This document shows positions 20,942 through 34,300 of a stretch of DNA of 64,000 nt, in pieces. The notes under the pieces are model-generated. The model saw only the letters and a program-made list of their open reading frames with translations, made no database searches and was not told where the DNA came from. Each line of letters starts with the position of its first letter. Position 1 is the first letter of the stretch. Origin of the DNA: Macrostomum lignano (lineage: Eukaryota); the NCBI GenBank assembly GCA_002269645.1, contig NIVC01001129.1, positions 124,001 through 188,000 of the forward strand. Reading direction: 5' to 3'. The position numbers were made by a program, and so were the translations under genes.

Positions 20942-22907
20942 TTGCTGTGTCACGTACAAGCGTATTATAATAATTATTTTAATTATAAACGCCGCCATCG
21001 TTCGTAGTCGAAATGTGCTCGGGACTAAACTTGACAAGTGTACTTTTACATACGCACAAAACTGAAGTTTTACTTTAGCAGTCCTGGCCAAGCAATCTAA
21101 TAGAATAAAATCAATAAGTTCTTTGAATTTAACAAATATTAAAAATCGGGGTATTTTAACTCGTTAAAAATCTTCAATTTGAAAGCATTCTTCCATTTTT
21201 ATTATTCTATAGATAAATCAAACCTAAAATTTACCTACAGCTTATTGTGTATTATACGTACCACTATAATTTGTTAGAGTGCACATGTAATACGAATAAG
21301 TTTGTTATAACAGGTTAGCTATTGCATAGACTTTCTGATTCCGGCATCAATATACTCGTATTGTACTTCAGTTATATTGTCGCGTTAACTCCAACTTGTC
21401 TAGTTTTGTTTTACTTAAGCAATGTCTCTGCTTAATTTAATTTTTATTTGACGGGGTTGTAACTTAATTAAGAAGCCTGAATTGGTTTTAATTTGCTTTG
21501 AATTAACCATCTTGGTGCTAAATGTATGCGTGACAAGGTAAAAATATGTCTAGCTATTGTTATTTGGTTTCCATTTTTTTCAATAATACGCTTTGCTACT
21601 TTATGCTTACTGTTTCAACTACTGTGACTCAAATAGAATTTTAGACGAAGTAGAAGAATAATATTTTTAATACAGTCAAATTCAAGCATAATCTTATATA
21701 CTATTATATTCCAATATTCCATTTTTACTATATCCATTTTTGTCCTGGTCATATTTTTACTTGGCTTATCCAAATTAAAGCTGCTAATATAGTCGATAAC
21801 ATACATGTACGAGATAAAATGTCATAAACCTGTTTAATGTTTTCTGAAGTCTCTATAATTACTATAATTTTGTTTGTTACCTCACTACTATAGCTGTCGG
21901 TACGTGTAATACAGCTAGACGATATTAAAGCATGTTATTTTTGCTATAGGTTTATTTGCCGTTCTAGACTTCCAGATGTACTGGGAGTGATGTACTAGAT
22001 CGTGCATACACTCGTCTGAAAGTGCATAGGTAAACATAAGTGTGCTCAAAAACACCGCGATTTAAGTGTGAATGCCCGCCCTTCAGCAATCTGCTTTCGG
22101 TCGATAATTATTTTGCTTTGTTAATATCGATGTTACTATATTTACACTGTTAAATTATACTTAAAAGTATAAGCAATCAAAATTGTATTATTGTTGCTAT
22201 AATTTGTCTGAGACTACCATTAGACATTTATTTCTTTTACTACTAATAGTAAATAAGTGAAGTCGTGGATAAGTAGGAACGATGTTAATGGAATTATATT
22301 GGCGAACTGTAACGAAAACAAACAGGAAAGGTTTTAACAACTCGAACTAATGGGAATTTCAAAAAAATAGCGATTGAACTTTGAGTAGGGAACTTTGAGC
22401 AGTAACTAACGAAAATTAGAGAAAGTTATGAACTACAGAAAATGTGATCTAATGAAAAACTTCAATGTGACAGTAGGGTTTGTGCGGGTCGAAGTTACAG
22501 TATTTTGTTATAAATTCATTTTAAACAAAAAAATAGATTAGTAAGTTACAAATCCACTCTAGCGACTTAGGCACTCGGCATGGTTAGTCACCATCCTCTC
22601 TGCTTATTGACCCTTCCTGAAAGATCAAAACAACACGACTATCTACGACTCTTTAAGTTCCCAATAGCTATATGCTGTCCGGCAAAATTTTCGAAACGAT
22701 TCCAATCTATATGCAATTCAACCAGGTGAAGGCAGGACATATAGGCCTCTAAAAAATGGCTTGCTTTATCGATCAACTCAGGCTTGTCGCAAAATGATTT
22801 TTTAGAAAGAGACGAGAAAGGGTTATATAGCAGTTGTTCAACTGTTTAGTGTCATTAAACAAGCGGTCCGAGCCTCGAACAGAGTCAAAGCTGAGCCTGA
22901 CAAACAA

Positions 22908-25900
22908 TCAAGCAGCCAAATCCGGCCCCGACGCCGACGACCGCAACGGCTGCAGCAGCTCGCCAGTCAGCCGCAGACTGTCCGCCGACGTCAACTGATT
23001 GCAGGCTAACGGTCGAGCATTGTTAGCAAAGAAGATGCTGGGCGGCGTTTCGCCACCAGAGGAGAAGCAGGGACAGGAACTGGTGCCGTCCACTAGGGTC
23101 AGGAAGTAGCGCCGTCGGGTGCAGTCCGACTCGGCCAGCTGCTCGCCGATGGTGAAAAATTCGACACCGTTGTAGAAACTGAATCGAGACTGTCGCAGCT
23201 GCTCGACACTGAATGGCTCAGAAGCGTCCAGGTACATCGGCTGCGGGTGTTTATTATTTTAATTCTCATAGGGACTTTTCCTTTGTAAGTTGATCAGGTA
23301 ACATGAATTAGACAAACTGCACTGTTTAATTATTTTCATTAAAGTTTTGAGGTTTCGGATATGTTTAGGAAAACAGATTGGTCGCTAGATTGGTAGATTT
23401 CAATACCGTACGAGGTGTGTTTAAAAAGTAACGAGAGTTTTGTTAAACTTTTGACTGAATAAACTTATAAAATTTACAACAGACAACTTTTTTATCCTTA
23501 TCCAACTGCAAGAAACTGTGTTATTATAATAAAAGTCAATACTCGTATGAATCAGGAAGAACTCCTACCTGAAACCACTCCCATCCCATTGGCACGAAAG
23601 CGCCCTCGGTGTTGTTCGCGGCACTCTTGGAAAATGGTCCTTTGAAGCGCAGAGCGGCCAAAACTCGACCATTTGCGTCGAACAGCTCCAGCTTGATTGC
23701 TCGATAGCTGTCGAGTTTAAGACCGGATAGCAGCGAGCTCTTGTAGTGCCTGGCCAGCTGGCTCAGATCGTCCACGTCGGCTAGCAGAGCGGCTGGCGTG
23801 AACCGGCTGGTGAGCAGCAGCGAGTGTAGATAGCCCGCCCCCGCTTTGACAAACAGCAGCACTTCCGTTAGCTGCTCGTCCCCGGTTGTTCCGTGTGTTG
23901 GCTGCGGTCGGTCTGCCGGTAGACGACTCGTGGTGAGGCGCAACTCAAACACTTGCTCGGACAGGGTGCCGCCGAACGGGCTCGGGGACACGTACACCTG
24001 GGGGAAAGTTACGGCCTCCGGGTAGCAACGATGCGGCGCTGTCAAGACTATGAAAACACCGACGAGATCGGAGCAACTGCCGGTAGCGCGGTAGCGTTCG
24101 AGGCTGCCAAAAACCAGCAGAAACTCCGAGCCAACCTGCGGTCGGAACTGATCTAAACTGGCGCGGTAGATGGAGTTCACATAGGAGGTCACCCAAGGAA
24201 AAGCGTCCGTGACGCGAGATCGCGCGAACACGCTGCTGAGTTCTGACCGGCTGGTGTCCATGGTCAAGTGACCAATCTCGGCTCCCTTCGAGTCTAGAAA
24301 CTGCCAAGTAATGCTTCTAAAGTAGCCGATATTGTGCAGTTTGTGCAAGAACTCGCTTTTATACACGGATTTGGTTGAGTCTAGACCTTCGAAAGCCGGA
24401 GTCTTGCTGAAACTAGAGTCCTCGCGGCTGAACAGCGATTCGAATTCGGCTCCCGAACCGCAGCGAATGGCAAACAGGACTGTTCTACCGTAGCGCAGGT
24501 GCGACTGGCATTGAGCCAGCTTGTTGGACATCTCATTCAGGTGAACGCTGCCTCCGTGCTTCACTGAAGCGAGTATAGTGCTCTCCTGCGTGAGGCTGGT
24601 CAGCTGATTCTGCCGGCTGACGTAGACGGCCTCCTGTCGGGAGAGTCGACTGCTCAGCTGAGCAGAAATATTCGCAAATCTGGATATCGACTCGGTCACG
24701 CTTCGAAGTTCGTTGCGATAGGCGGCGATGCGTGCCTCCAGAGCTGCCAGACTGTCTTCCTGTGCTTTGCGCACCGATGCTTTGCTATCGAGACGGGTCT
24801 GTTTGAATTCGTAAGTTGAAATTGAAATAAAACTAAAATACTATAAGAGCATTTTTCTTACAGATGTTTGAAAACCTGAATTTCCTGCGAGTTCTGCGTA
24901 GATAAGACTACATATAAAGCACAAGATGAAATCAGGAACACGAGTTTCAATTAGCTACTTATTAAGTAGTTACTAATGCAGTTTTACTTAAAGATTGCAG
25001 AACCTAGAATACATTTGATTACAGACTACTTTTGAAACCAGAGCTTATTCTAGCGGACTTCCCTCTAGAATAAGCTTTATTGAGGAGTTTCATAAATCAT
25101 CTTGTTCGAGTAAAATTGTGAATGACAAAGATGTTTGCTATGAATCTGTTTTTTTATCTAAAAGTAAAAAAAGCGCACAACAAAATAAAGTTTTCACAAA
25201 GATAGCAGACACTCCCCCTAAAATAGCAAGCATCCCCCAGTAGCAAGCATCCCCCAGACAGCAACACATCCCCCAGGTAGCAAGCATCCCCCAGATAGCA
25301 AGCATCCCCCAGATAGCAAGCATCCCCCAGACAGCAACACATCCCCCAGATAGCAAGCATCCCCCAGACAGCAACACATCCCCCAGATAGCAAGCATCCC
25401 TAAATAGCAAGCATCCCCCAGATAGCAAGCATCCCCCAGATAGCAAGCATCCCCCAGATAGCAAGCATCCCTAAATAGCAAGCATCCCCCAGATAGCAAG
25501 CATCCCCCAGATAGCAAGCATCCCCCAGATAGCAAGCATCCCTAAATAGCAAGCATCCCCCAGATAGCAAGCATCCCCCAGATAGCAAGCATCCCCCAGA
25601 TAGCAAGCATCCCTAAATAGCAAGCATCCCCCAGATAGCAAGCATCCCCCAGATAGCAAGCATCCCCCAGATAGCAAGCATCCCTAAATAGCAAGCATCC
25701 CCCAGATAGCAAGCATCCCCCAGATAGCAAGCATCCCTAAATAGCAAGCATCCCCTTCCTCCGAGAGCACGCAACCCCAGAAAAGCGTTCGAAAAATCGC
25801 ACCTGGAAGTCGGCCTTCAAGCGTTCCTCCTCCACGCCTAGCCCAGCCAGTTTAGTCTTCTCCGTAGCCAGCGACTGGCTCTGATCGAACGTCTCTCTCT

Positions 25901-26966
25901 GGAGCTTCGCCAGTCTGGTCATCATCTCCCCGGCGTAGGCTTCGATGCTCGCTCCAGCGAAGCCGCTGCCGTTCGTTTCAGTACGGATGCTGTCCCTCAG
26001 AGTGACGATGCGTCGCAGCAGACCATTGTCCTTCGCGTTGCAGGTCTGTTCAATGTCAGCTTCCAGGCCAGCTACAGATTGCTTGACACTTCGGGCGTAG
26101 TCTAACAGCGAACTCTCCTGTTTGTGATAGGAGGCGAAGTTGCCAATCAAGTAGTTGACGTACTGCACTAGGGTAGCGATCACTTTGTTCGCACCAGCCT
26201 CTTGCTGTTCGTAGTTGTAACAGGCGGCTGTGCAGCGCATGTTGAGAAGGCTGTATAGCGTTGACTGATAGTCCGGATAGGCAGTTGGGTCAAACACCAG
26301 CCCAGCGTCGCTTGCTATTTTCTGCAGCACATTGTCGTTCGATTTTTGCAAGCCCAGCGCAATCGCAGCTGTCACTCGACGGTGCAACTGAGCCAGAAGG
26401 TCGAGCAAGTACACGCCAAAGCTACCCGAGTGCATCCCGTCCGTCAAGAAGATGACTATGCGTTTGCGCGTTTCCGCTGAGGCCGTTTCGTTTCCCGACA
26501 CAGCCAGATCGGCTTGTCTTCGGCTCAGCTCCGCGATGCAGCCCTCAACAGCGGCGTCGATAGCCGTGTAGCCACCATCGTACGTGAGGCGAGAGACGGC
26601 CCCAAGGAGGTCCAGCTTGCTGGAATACTTGCCAATGGGTATGGTCTGGGTCACATGAGAGCTGAACACTAGCACTCCAACTTGAATGAAATTTTCGCCA
26701 ATTTCCAGTCGACTTATAGTGTCAAATACGACGCTCTTAACAACCAGGTGGAAGTCGTTTAGGCTGACAGATTCCGAGCCATCGATGGCGAATAGCAAGT
26801 CGGCGCGAGCGTTAGACGAGCAGGCCTTGCTATCGACGTCGTGAAGCCACTTCTCCAGCGGCATGTACTTTGCCGCGGTTTCGTCGTAAACAACAGGGCC
26901 GGACGTGTCCACGGCACTGGCGGGAACTAGGAGACCAACGGCCAGACAGAGAAGCCACAGACGCAT
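22908..26966 (-). CDS. Secreted VWA + coiled-coil + tandem unknown-domain protein (~908 aa, 3 exons)
   Basis: Exons 26966-25803, 24798-23569 and 23240-22908, with phase-0 GT-AG joins FQ|TRL and FQ|PMY. Signal peptide MRLWLLCLAVGLLVPASA. VWA with DGSES/T/TDG MIDAS. ~250 aa heptad-rich region. Two similar C-terminal blocks (VLFAIRCGSG...YKSEFL...ITWQFLDSKG vs VLLFVKAGAG...YKSSLL...IKLELFDANG). Confidence 0.88.
23409..23440. mobile_element. Solo mariner-like terminal sequence
   Basis: TA|CGAGGTGTGTTTAAAAAGTAA resembles mariner TIR starts; no partner TIR seen. Confidence 0.35.
25200..25756 (-). repeat. 17/18-bp minisatellite (atagcaagcatcccccag on +) with a 71-bp higher-order period
   Basis: In intron 1 of the VWA gene, just after the donor; repeat-derived ORFs start 71 bp apart (25400, 25471, 25542). 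Confidence 0.93.
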
Positions 26967-27448
26967 AATGTTCTCTCTGCCTTAATTGTATTGATGTTTT
27001 TAGCCAACAATTGTAAGTGTGAAACGTTTTTCAAGAATTGGTTTGGTTTGTTTCAGCTACCGACTCCAAACTGATTCAAACTTTATCGCTGTGTTGACAA
27101 AGCAACTTGTACAGAGCGAAAGCTTATCACCCCGTAAGCCAATCAGTGCGCAGTAAGTTGAAATTGATGCCAATATAGCTATCAGATAGTTTCAATAAAT
27201 CAATTCAAAGGCTTTTGATCCAAGGTAGTGCGGCCCCGAAAGTACGTGTTCTACTGTACACTGATGAGTCATACCAACCCCTGCCCAGACAACTGATTTT
27301 ACAACCCCCCCCCCCTACGTCTCGTAACCAGCAGCCTCCCCTAGCCAACCAAACAGTAGCAGCCAGTGAGGCTCTTTGCGTCGCTTATCATTTCCAATAA
27401 TTTCTAATAAATGTGTGTTGCATTGTGTACTTTTTCGCATTTCATATA

Positions 27449-27857
27449 CACTCAGCAACAGCTAAACCCCCCCCAAACTCACGCTGTCACACGGCCCAAA
27501 AGTTTTGTATGCCATCGGTGACTCGGAAGCAGCTCGGCATTCGCACATTGAACTGGCCGTCAAAGTCTCCAGACATGAACCCCATCGAGCATGTCTGGGA
27601 CTTTGTAAAGCGAAGAGTTCAGCAGGATGCCCCACAGAATGCTGAACAGTTGCGACTGGCGGTGCTGAATGCCTGGCAGCAGCTGCCCCAAGAGTTCATC
27701 AACCGGCTGGTGATCAGGATGCCACGACGAGTCACGGCACTTTTGCATGCTCGTGGTTCCTACACACGATACTGAGACTAGAATTAAAGACATTGCTTAA
27801 CTTTTGTGCCCGTGTGACAGCGTGAGTTGGGGGGGGGGGTTTAGCTGTTGCTGAGTA
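27449..27857 (+). mobile_element. Internally deleted Tc1-family element (~409 bp) keeping the transposase C-terminus
   Basis: ~55-bp TIRs (CACTCAGCAACAGCTAAACCCCCCC...CAAAAGTT / inverse), TA on both sides; WPSKSPDMNPIEHVW...RGSYTRY* (DDE_3 C-terminal motif). Confidence 0.92.
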
Positions 27858-28301
27858 TACATAGTGTTTCATAAAACACATCCACTTCAATCTTAGCTCA
27901 TAGTAAAATCTAGCTATATGAAATTGAGCTGAAAAACAACAAGTAGGTAGGGCGTCCTCTATCAATAAAAGCAAGTGACAATAACTTGAACAAGATTAAA
28001 CTTGGTGCCGTATGCTTAAAAATCAAGTAAAAAGGTCTTATTTTACTTCATGATAGTATCGGTCTCGAATCTCGACTTGAATGAATGTCTTAAATAGTTT
28101 TTTATTGAGATCAAAATTTATTCTTTGTGGTTTCACATTCTTCGGTTGCTACTGGAGAGTAAACCAGTGTGTTTTAATGGACTCGGGGCTGAGATCTCTG
28201 ATTTTGAGATGGAACCTTACATGTTAACCGTGTTTATAAACTGTAGAGAGATGTAATTCAGTCATCTTTCACTATTGAACTCTTTAGCCAGTGACAGAAA
28301 A

Positions 28302-31300
28302 TCAGCCAAGCTTGACAAGCTTCCAAAACCTAGCGCCATCCTGGTTCATGACGCCGCCAAACAAGCTCTCCGGAATGCTATCGGACTGAAAAAGCCAACA
28401 GTTTCCATTCGGCAGCAACTTTGAGTACAGCACAGATCGACAGGTGCGCTGGCTCAGGCACAGATGACCACATTCAATATCGGAGCCGACCGACAAAGGC
28501 TGATTAGCCAAAGTCGAAGCAGATGGGCTTGGCAGCGAGAGCGTCATGACAGATCGAGCCGGGGAAGAAAAATCCATACGGTCTGGAGTTACTGCAGAAG
28601 AGAGAGTTTACGTTATCGAATGTATTCAATACATTTGGAAGTTGCAGATACTCGATAGCATGCATGTACCTCCTATGATGTCGATTTCGCAGAAATGCAG
28701 CGACCAAAGTCCTGAAGACAAATCGTTGGTATTCTTGTACACAGCCAGATACCGGCCGGGCGTGATCCTCGAGCAGGTGAAGTTGATCGGGTTGTCAGTG
28801 GACTTGGGCTCGCCAGTCCAGCGCATACAGAGCTGAAAAAAGCCGATATCAAATTCGGACCACACAGAAGCGTTGTTCGATATTCCTGCAAAATTTATTC
28901 AACTTTAGTCAGAGAAATAAATGTTAATTCAGAATTCGACTGGGTAATCAGTGTGACCAGTGTTATCCAGTGTGACCAGTGTTATCCAGTGTGACCAGTG
29001 TTATCCAGTGTGACCAGTGTTATCCAGTGTGACCAGTGTTATCCAGTGTGACCAGTGTTATCCAGTGTGACCAGTGTTATCCAGTGTGACCAGTGTTATT
29101 CAGTGTGACCAGTGTTATCCAGTGTGACCAGTGTTATCCAGTGTGACCAGTGTTATCCAGTGTGACCAGTGTTATCCAGTGTGACCAGTGTTATCCAGTG
29201 TGACCAGTGTTATCCAGTGTGACCAGTGTTATCCAGTGTGACCAGTGTTATCCAGTGTGACCAGTGTTATCCAGTGTGACCAGTGTTATCCAGTGTGACC
29301 AGTGTTATCCAGTGTGACCAGTGTTATCCAGTGTGACCAGTGTTATCCAGTGTGACCAGTGTTATCCAGTGTGACCAGTGTTATCCAGTGTGACCAGTGT
29401 TATCCAGTGTGACCAGTGTTATCCAGTGTGAGCAGTGTTATCCAGTGTGACCAGGGTGATTCAGCGTGACCAGGGTGACTCAGTGTGACCAGGGTGATTC
29501 AGTGTGACCAAGCTGATTTAGTGTGACCAGAGTGATTCAGTGTGACCAGGATTATTCAGTGTGACCAGGGTGATTCAGTGTGATCAGAGTGATCCAGTGT
29601 TACCAGGGTGATTCAGTGTGACCAGGGTGATTCAGTGTGACCATGATTATTCAGTGTGACCAGGGTGATCCAGTGTGACCAGGGTGATTCAGTGTGACCA
29701 AGCTGATTTAGTGTGACCAGAGTGATTCAGCGTGACCAGGGTGACTCAGTATGACCAGAGTGATTCAGTGTGACCAGAGTGATTCAGCGTGACCAAGCTG
29801 ATTTAGTGTGACCAGAGTGATTCAGCGTGACCAGGGTGACTCAGTATGACCAGGGTGACTCAGTATGACCAGAGTGATTCAGTGTGACCAGGGTGACTCA
29901 GTATGACCAGAGTGATTCAGTGTGACCAGAGTGATTCAGTGTGACCAGAGTGATTCAGTGTGACCAGGGTGATTCAATATGACCAGGGTGATTCAATATG
30001 ACCAGTGTGCTTCACATTCAGTTGATTACACCAATCTCACCTATGCTCACTTGAGTAAACTTCTCCGAACCGTAGTCGATTCGATTCCAGACTCTAGCAC
30101 CGACAACCATAAATTCGTCCTTCATGTCAACCAGCCACCAGGGTCCCCGATCACTATTAGACGATTCGACGCATCTTTCTCCATATTTTATCACGCCATC
30201 GCGATTGCCATCGTTTCCAAAGATTGGCAAATTTTTAGCGTCAATTGTTGAAGACATTTTGGCCGACAGGTTTTTTGGGACAATGAATTGTTCCGCTCGT
30301 CCTAAAAATTAGGGCATTGTTTTAGATATTTTATTCAGTGTGACTTGGCGTGTGTAATTGTATCTTAGTGTGTCTCGTTATCTCTGTTTGTCTTCATGTG
30401 TCTGGTGTATCTGTTTGTCTTCGGTTGTCTCGGTGTGTCTGTTTGTCTTCGTGTGTCTCGGTGTGTCTGTTTGTCTTCGTGTGTCTGATGTGTCTGTTTG
30501 TCTTCGTGTGTCTCGGTGTGTCTGTTTCTCTTCGTGTGTCTGATGTGTCTGTTTGTCTTCGTGTGTCTCGGTGTGTCTGTTTCTCTTCGTGTGTCTGATG
30601 TGTCTGTTTGTCTTCGTGTGTCTCGGTGTGCCTGTTTGTCTTCGTGTGCCTGATGTGTCTGTTTGTCTTCGTGTGTCTCGGTGTGTCTGTTTATCTTCGT
30701 GTGTCTCGGTGTGCCTGTTTGTCTTCGTGTGCCTGATGTGTCTGTTTGTCTTCGTGTGTCTCGGTGTGTCTGTTTATCTTCGTGTGTCTCGGTGTGTCTG
30801 TTTGTCTTCGTGTGTCTGATGTGTCTGTTTTTCCTCGTGTGTCTCGGTGTGTCTGTTTATCTTCGCGTGTCTGATGTGTCTGTTTGTCTTCGTGTGTCTC
30901 GGTGTGTCTGTTTTTCCTCGTGTGTCTCGGTGTGTCTGTGTGTCTTCGTGTGTCTCGGTGTGTCTGTTTGTCTTCGTGTGTCTGATGTGTCTGTTTTTCC
31001 TCGTGTGTCTCGGTGTGTCTGTTTATCTTCGCGTGTCTGATGTGTCTGTTTGTCTTCGTGTGTCTCGGTGTGTATGTTTATCTTCGTGTGTCTGATGTGT
31101 CTGTTTTTCCTCGTGTGTCTCGGTGTGTCTGTTTGTTTTCGTGTGTCTGATGTGTCTGTTTGTCTTCGTGTGTCTCGGTGTGTCTGTTTGTCTTCGTGTG
31201 TCTCGTTGTCTCTGTTTGTCTTCGTGTGTCTCGGTGTGCATGTTTGTATTCGTGTGTCTGATGTGTCTGTTTGTCTTCGTGTGTCTGATGTGTCTGTTTG

Positions 31301-34300
31301 TCTTCGTGTGCCTGATGTGTCTGTTTGTCTTCGTGTGTCTGATGTGTCTGTTTGTCTTCGTGTGTCTCGATGTGTCTGTTTGTCTTCGTGTGTCTCGGTG
31401 TGTCTGTTTGTCTCCGTGTGTCTGATGTCTCTGTTTGTCTTCGGTTGTCTCGGTGTGTCTGTTTGTCTTCGTGTGTCTGATGTGTCTGTTTGTCTTCGTG
31501 TGTCTGATGTGTTTGTTTTTCCTCGTGTGTCTCGGTGTGTCTGTTTGTCTTCGTGTGTCTTGATGTGTCTGTTTGTCTTAGTGTGTCTGATGTCTCTGTT
31601 TGTCTTCGTGTGTCTCGGTGTGTCTGTTTGTCTTCGTGTGTCTGATGTGTCTGTTTGTCTTAGTGTGTCTGATGTCTCTGTTTGTCTTCGTGTGTCTCGG
31701 TGTGTCTGTTTGTCTTCGTGTGTCTCGGTGTGTATGTTTATCTTCGTGTGTCTGATGTGTCTGTTTGTCTTCGTGTAAATGTTTGCCTTGGTATGTCTGA
31801 ATTTGTCTGGTTGTCTCGGTGTGTCTGGATGTGTCTGGTTGTCCTAATGTGTCTTGTTGTCTTGGTATGTCTGTTTGTGTCTGGTTGTCTCTATGTGTCT
31901 GGTTGTCTCTATGTGTCTGGTTGTCTCTATGTGCCTGGTTGTCTCTATGTGTCTGGTTGTCTCTATGTGTCTGGTTGTCTTCGGTTGTCTCGGTGTGTCT
32001 GTTTGTCTTCGTGTGTCTGATGTGTTTGTTTGTCTTCGTGTGTCTCGGTGTGTCTGTTTGTCTTCGTGTGTCTCGATGTGTCTGTTTGTCTTCGTGTGTC
32101 TCGGTGTGTCTGTTTGTCTTCGTGTGTCTGATTTGTCTGTTTGTCTTCGTGTGTCTCGGTGTGTCTGATTGTCTTCGTGTGTCTGATGTGTCTGTTTGTC
32201 TTCGTGTGTCTCGGTGTGTCTGTTTGTCTTCGTGTGTCTCGGTGTGTCTGTTTGTCTTCGTGTGTCTGATGTGTCTGTTTGTCTTCGTGTGTCTCGATGT
32301 GTCTGTTTGTCTTCGTGTGTCTCGGTGTGCCTGTTTGTCTTCGTGTGTCTCGGTGTGTCTGTTTGTCTTCGTGTGTCTGATGTGTCTGTTTGTCTTCGTG
32401 TGTCTGATGTGTCTGTTTGTCTTCGTGTGTCTCGATGTGTCTGTTTGTCTTCGTGTGTCTGATGTGTCTTTTTGTCTTCGTGTGTCTGATGTGTCTGTTT
32501 GTCTTCGTGTGTCTAATGTCTCTGTTTGTCTTCGTGTGTCTCGGTGTGTCTGTTTATCTTCGTGTGTCTCGGTGTGTATGTTTGTCTTCGTGTGTCTGAT
32601 GTGTCTGTTTGTCTTCGGTTGTCTCGGTGTGTCTGTTTGTCTTCGTGTGTCTGATTTGTCTGTTTGTCTTCGTGTGTCTCGGTGTGTCTGTTTGTCTTCG
32701 TGTGTCTCGGTGTGTCTGTTTATCTTCGTGTGTCTCGGTGTGCCTGTTTGTCTTCGTGTGCCTGATGTGTCTGTTTGTCTTCGTGTGTCTCGGTGTGTCT
32801 GTTTATCTTCGTGTGTCTCGGTGTGTCTGTTTGTCTTCGTGTGTCTGATGTGTCTGTTTTTCCTCGTGTGTCTCGGTGTGTCTGTTTATCTTCGCGTGTC
32901 TGATGTGTCTGTTTGTCTTCGTGTGTCTCGGTGTGTCTGTTTTTCCTCGTGTGTCTCGGTGTGTCTGTGTGTCTTCGTGTGTCTCGGTGTGTCTGTTTGT
33001 CTTCGTGTGTCTGATGTGTCTGTTTTTCCTCGTGTGTCTCGGTGTGTCTGTTTATCTTCGCGTGTCTGATGTGTCTGTTTGTCTTCGTGTGTCTCGGTGT
33101 GTATGTTTATCTTCGTGTGTCTGATGTGTCTGTTTTTCCTCGTGTGTCTCGGTGTGTCTGTTTGTTTTCGTGTGTCTGATGTGTCTGTTTGTCTTCGTGT
33201 GTCTCGGTGTGTCTGTTTGTCTTCGTGTGTCTCGTTGTCTCTGTTTGTCTTCGTGTGTCTCGGTGTGCATGTTTGTATTCGTGTGTCTGATGTGTCTGTT
33301 TGTCTTCGTGTGTCTGATGTGTCTGTTTGTCTTCGTGTGCCTGATGTGTCTGTTTGTCTTCGTGTGTCTGATGTGTCTGTTTGTCTTCGTGTGTCTCGAT
33401 GTGTCTGTTTGTCTTCGTGTGTCTCGGTGTGTCTGTTTGTCTCCGTGTGTCTGATGTCTCTGTTTGTCTTCGGTTGTCTCGGTGTGTCTGTTTGTCTTCG
33501 TGTGTCTGATGTGTCTGTTTGTCTTCGTGTGTCTGATGTGTTTGTTTTTCCTCGTGTGTCTCGGTGTGTCTGTTTGTCTTCGTGTGTCTGATGTGTCTTT
33601 TTGTCTTCGTGTGTCTCGGTGTGTCTGTTTGTCTTCGTGTGTCTCGGTGTGTCTGTTTATCTTCGTGTGTCTCGATGTGTCTGTTTGTCTTCGTGTGTCT
33701 TGATGTGTCTGTTTGTCTTAGTGTGTCTGATGTCTCTGTTTGTCTTCGTGTGTCTCGGTGTGTCTGTTTGTCTTCGTGTGTCTGATGTGTCTGTTTGTCT
33801 TAGTGTGTCTGATGTCTCTGTTTGTCTTCGTGTGTCTCGGTGTGTCTGTTTGTCTTCGTGTGTCTCGGTGTGTATGTTTATCTTCGTGTGTCTGATGTGT
33901 CTGTTTGTCTTCGTGTAAATGTTTGCCTTGGTATGTCTGAATTTGTCTGGTTGTCTCGGTGTGTCTGGATGTGTCTGGTTGTCCTAATGTGTCTTGTTGT
34001 CTTGGTATGTCTGTTTGTGTCTGGTTGTCTCTATGTGTCTGGTTGTCTCTATGTGTCTGGTTGTCTCTATGTGCCTGGTTGTCTCTATGTGTCTGGTTGT
34101 CTCTATGTGTCTGGTTGTCTTCGGTTGTCTCGGTGTGTCTGTTTGTCTTCGTGTGTCTGATGTGTTTGTTTGTCTTCGTGTGTCTCGGTGTGTCTGTTTG
34201 TCTTCGTGTGTCTGATGTGTCTGTTTGTCTTCGTGTGTCTCGGTGTGTCTGTTTTTCCTCGTGTGTCTCGGTGTGTCTGTGTGTCTTCGTGTGTCTCGGT

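Noticed and set aside
27229-27300. GAAA...CTGATGAG suggesting a type II hammerhead ribozyme
   Set aside because: Stem I cannot form and the cleavage triplet would end in G. The CTGATGAG array at 3535-3798 lacks GAAA and stems.
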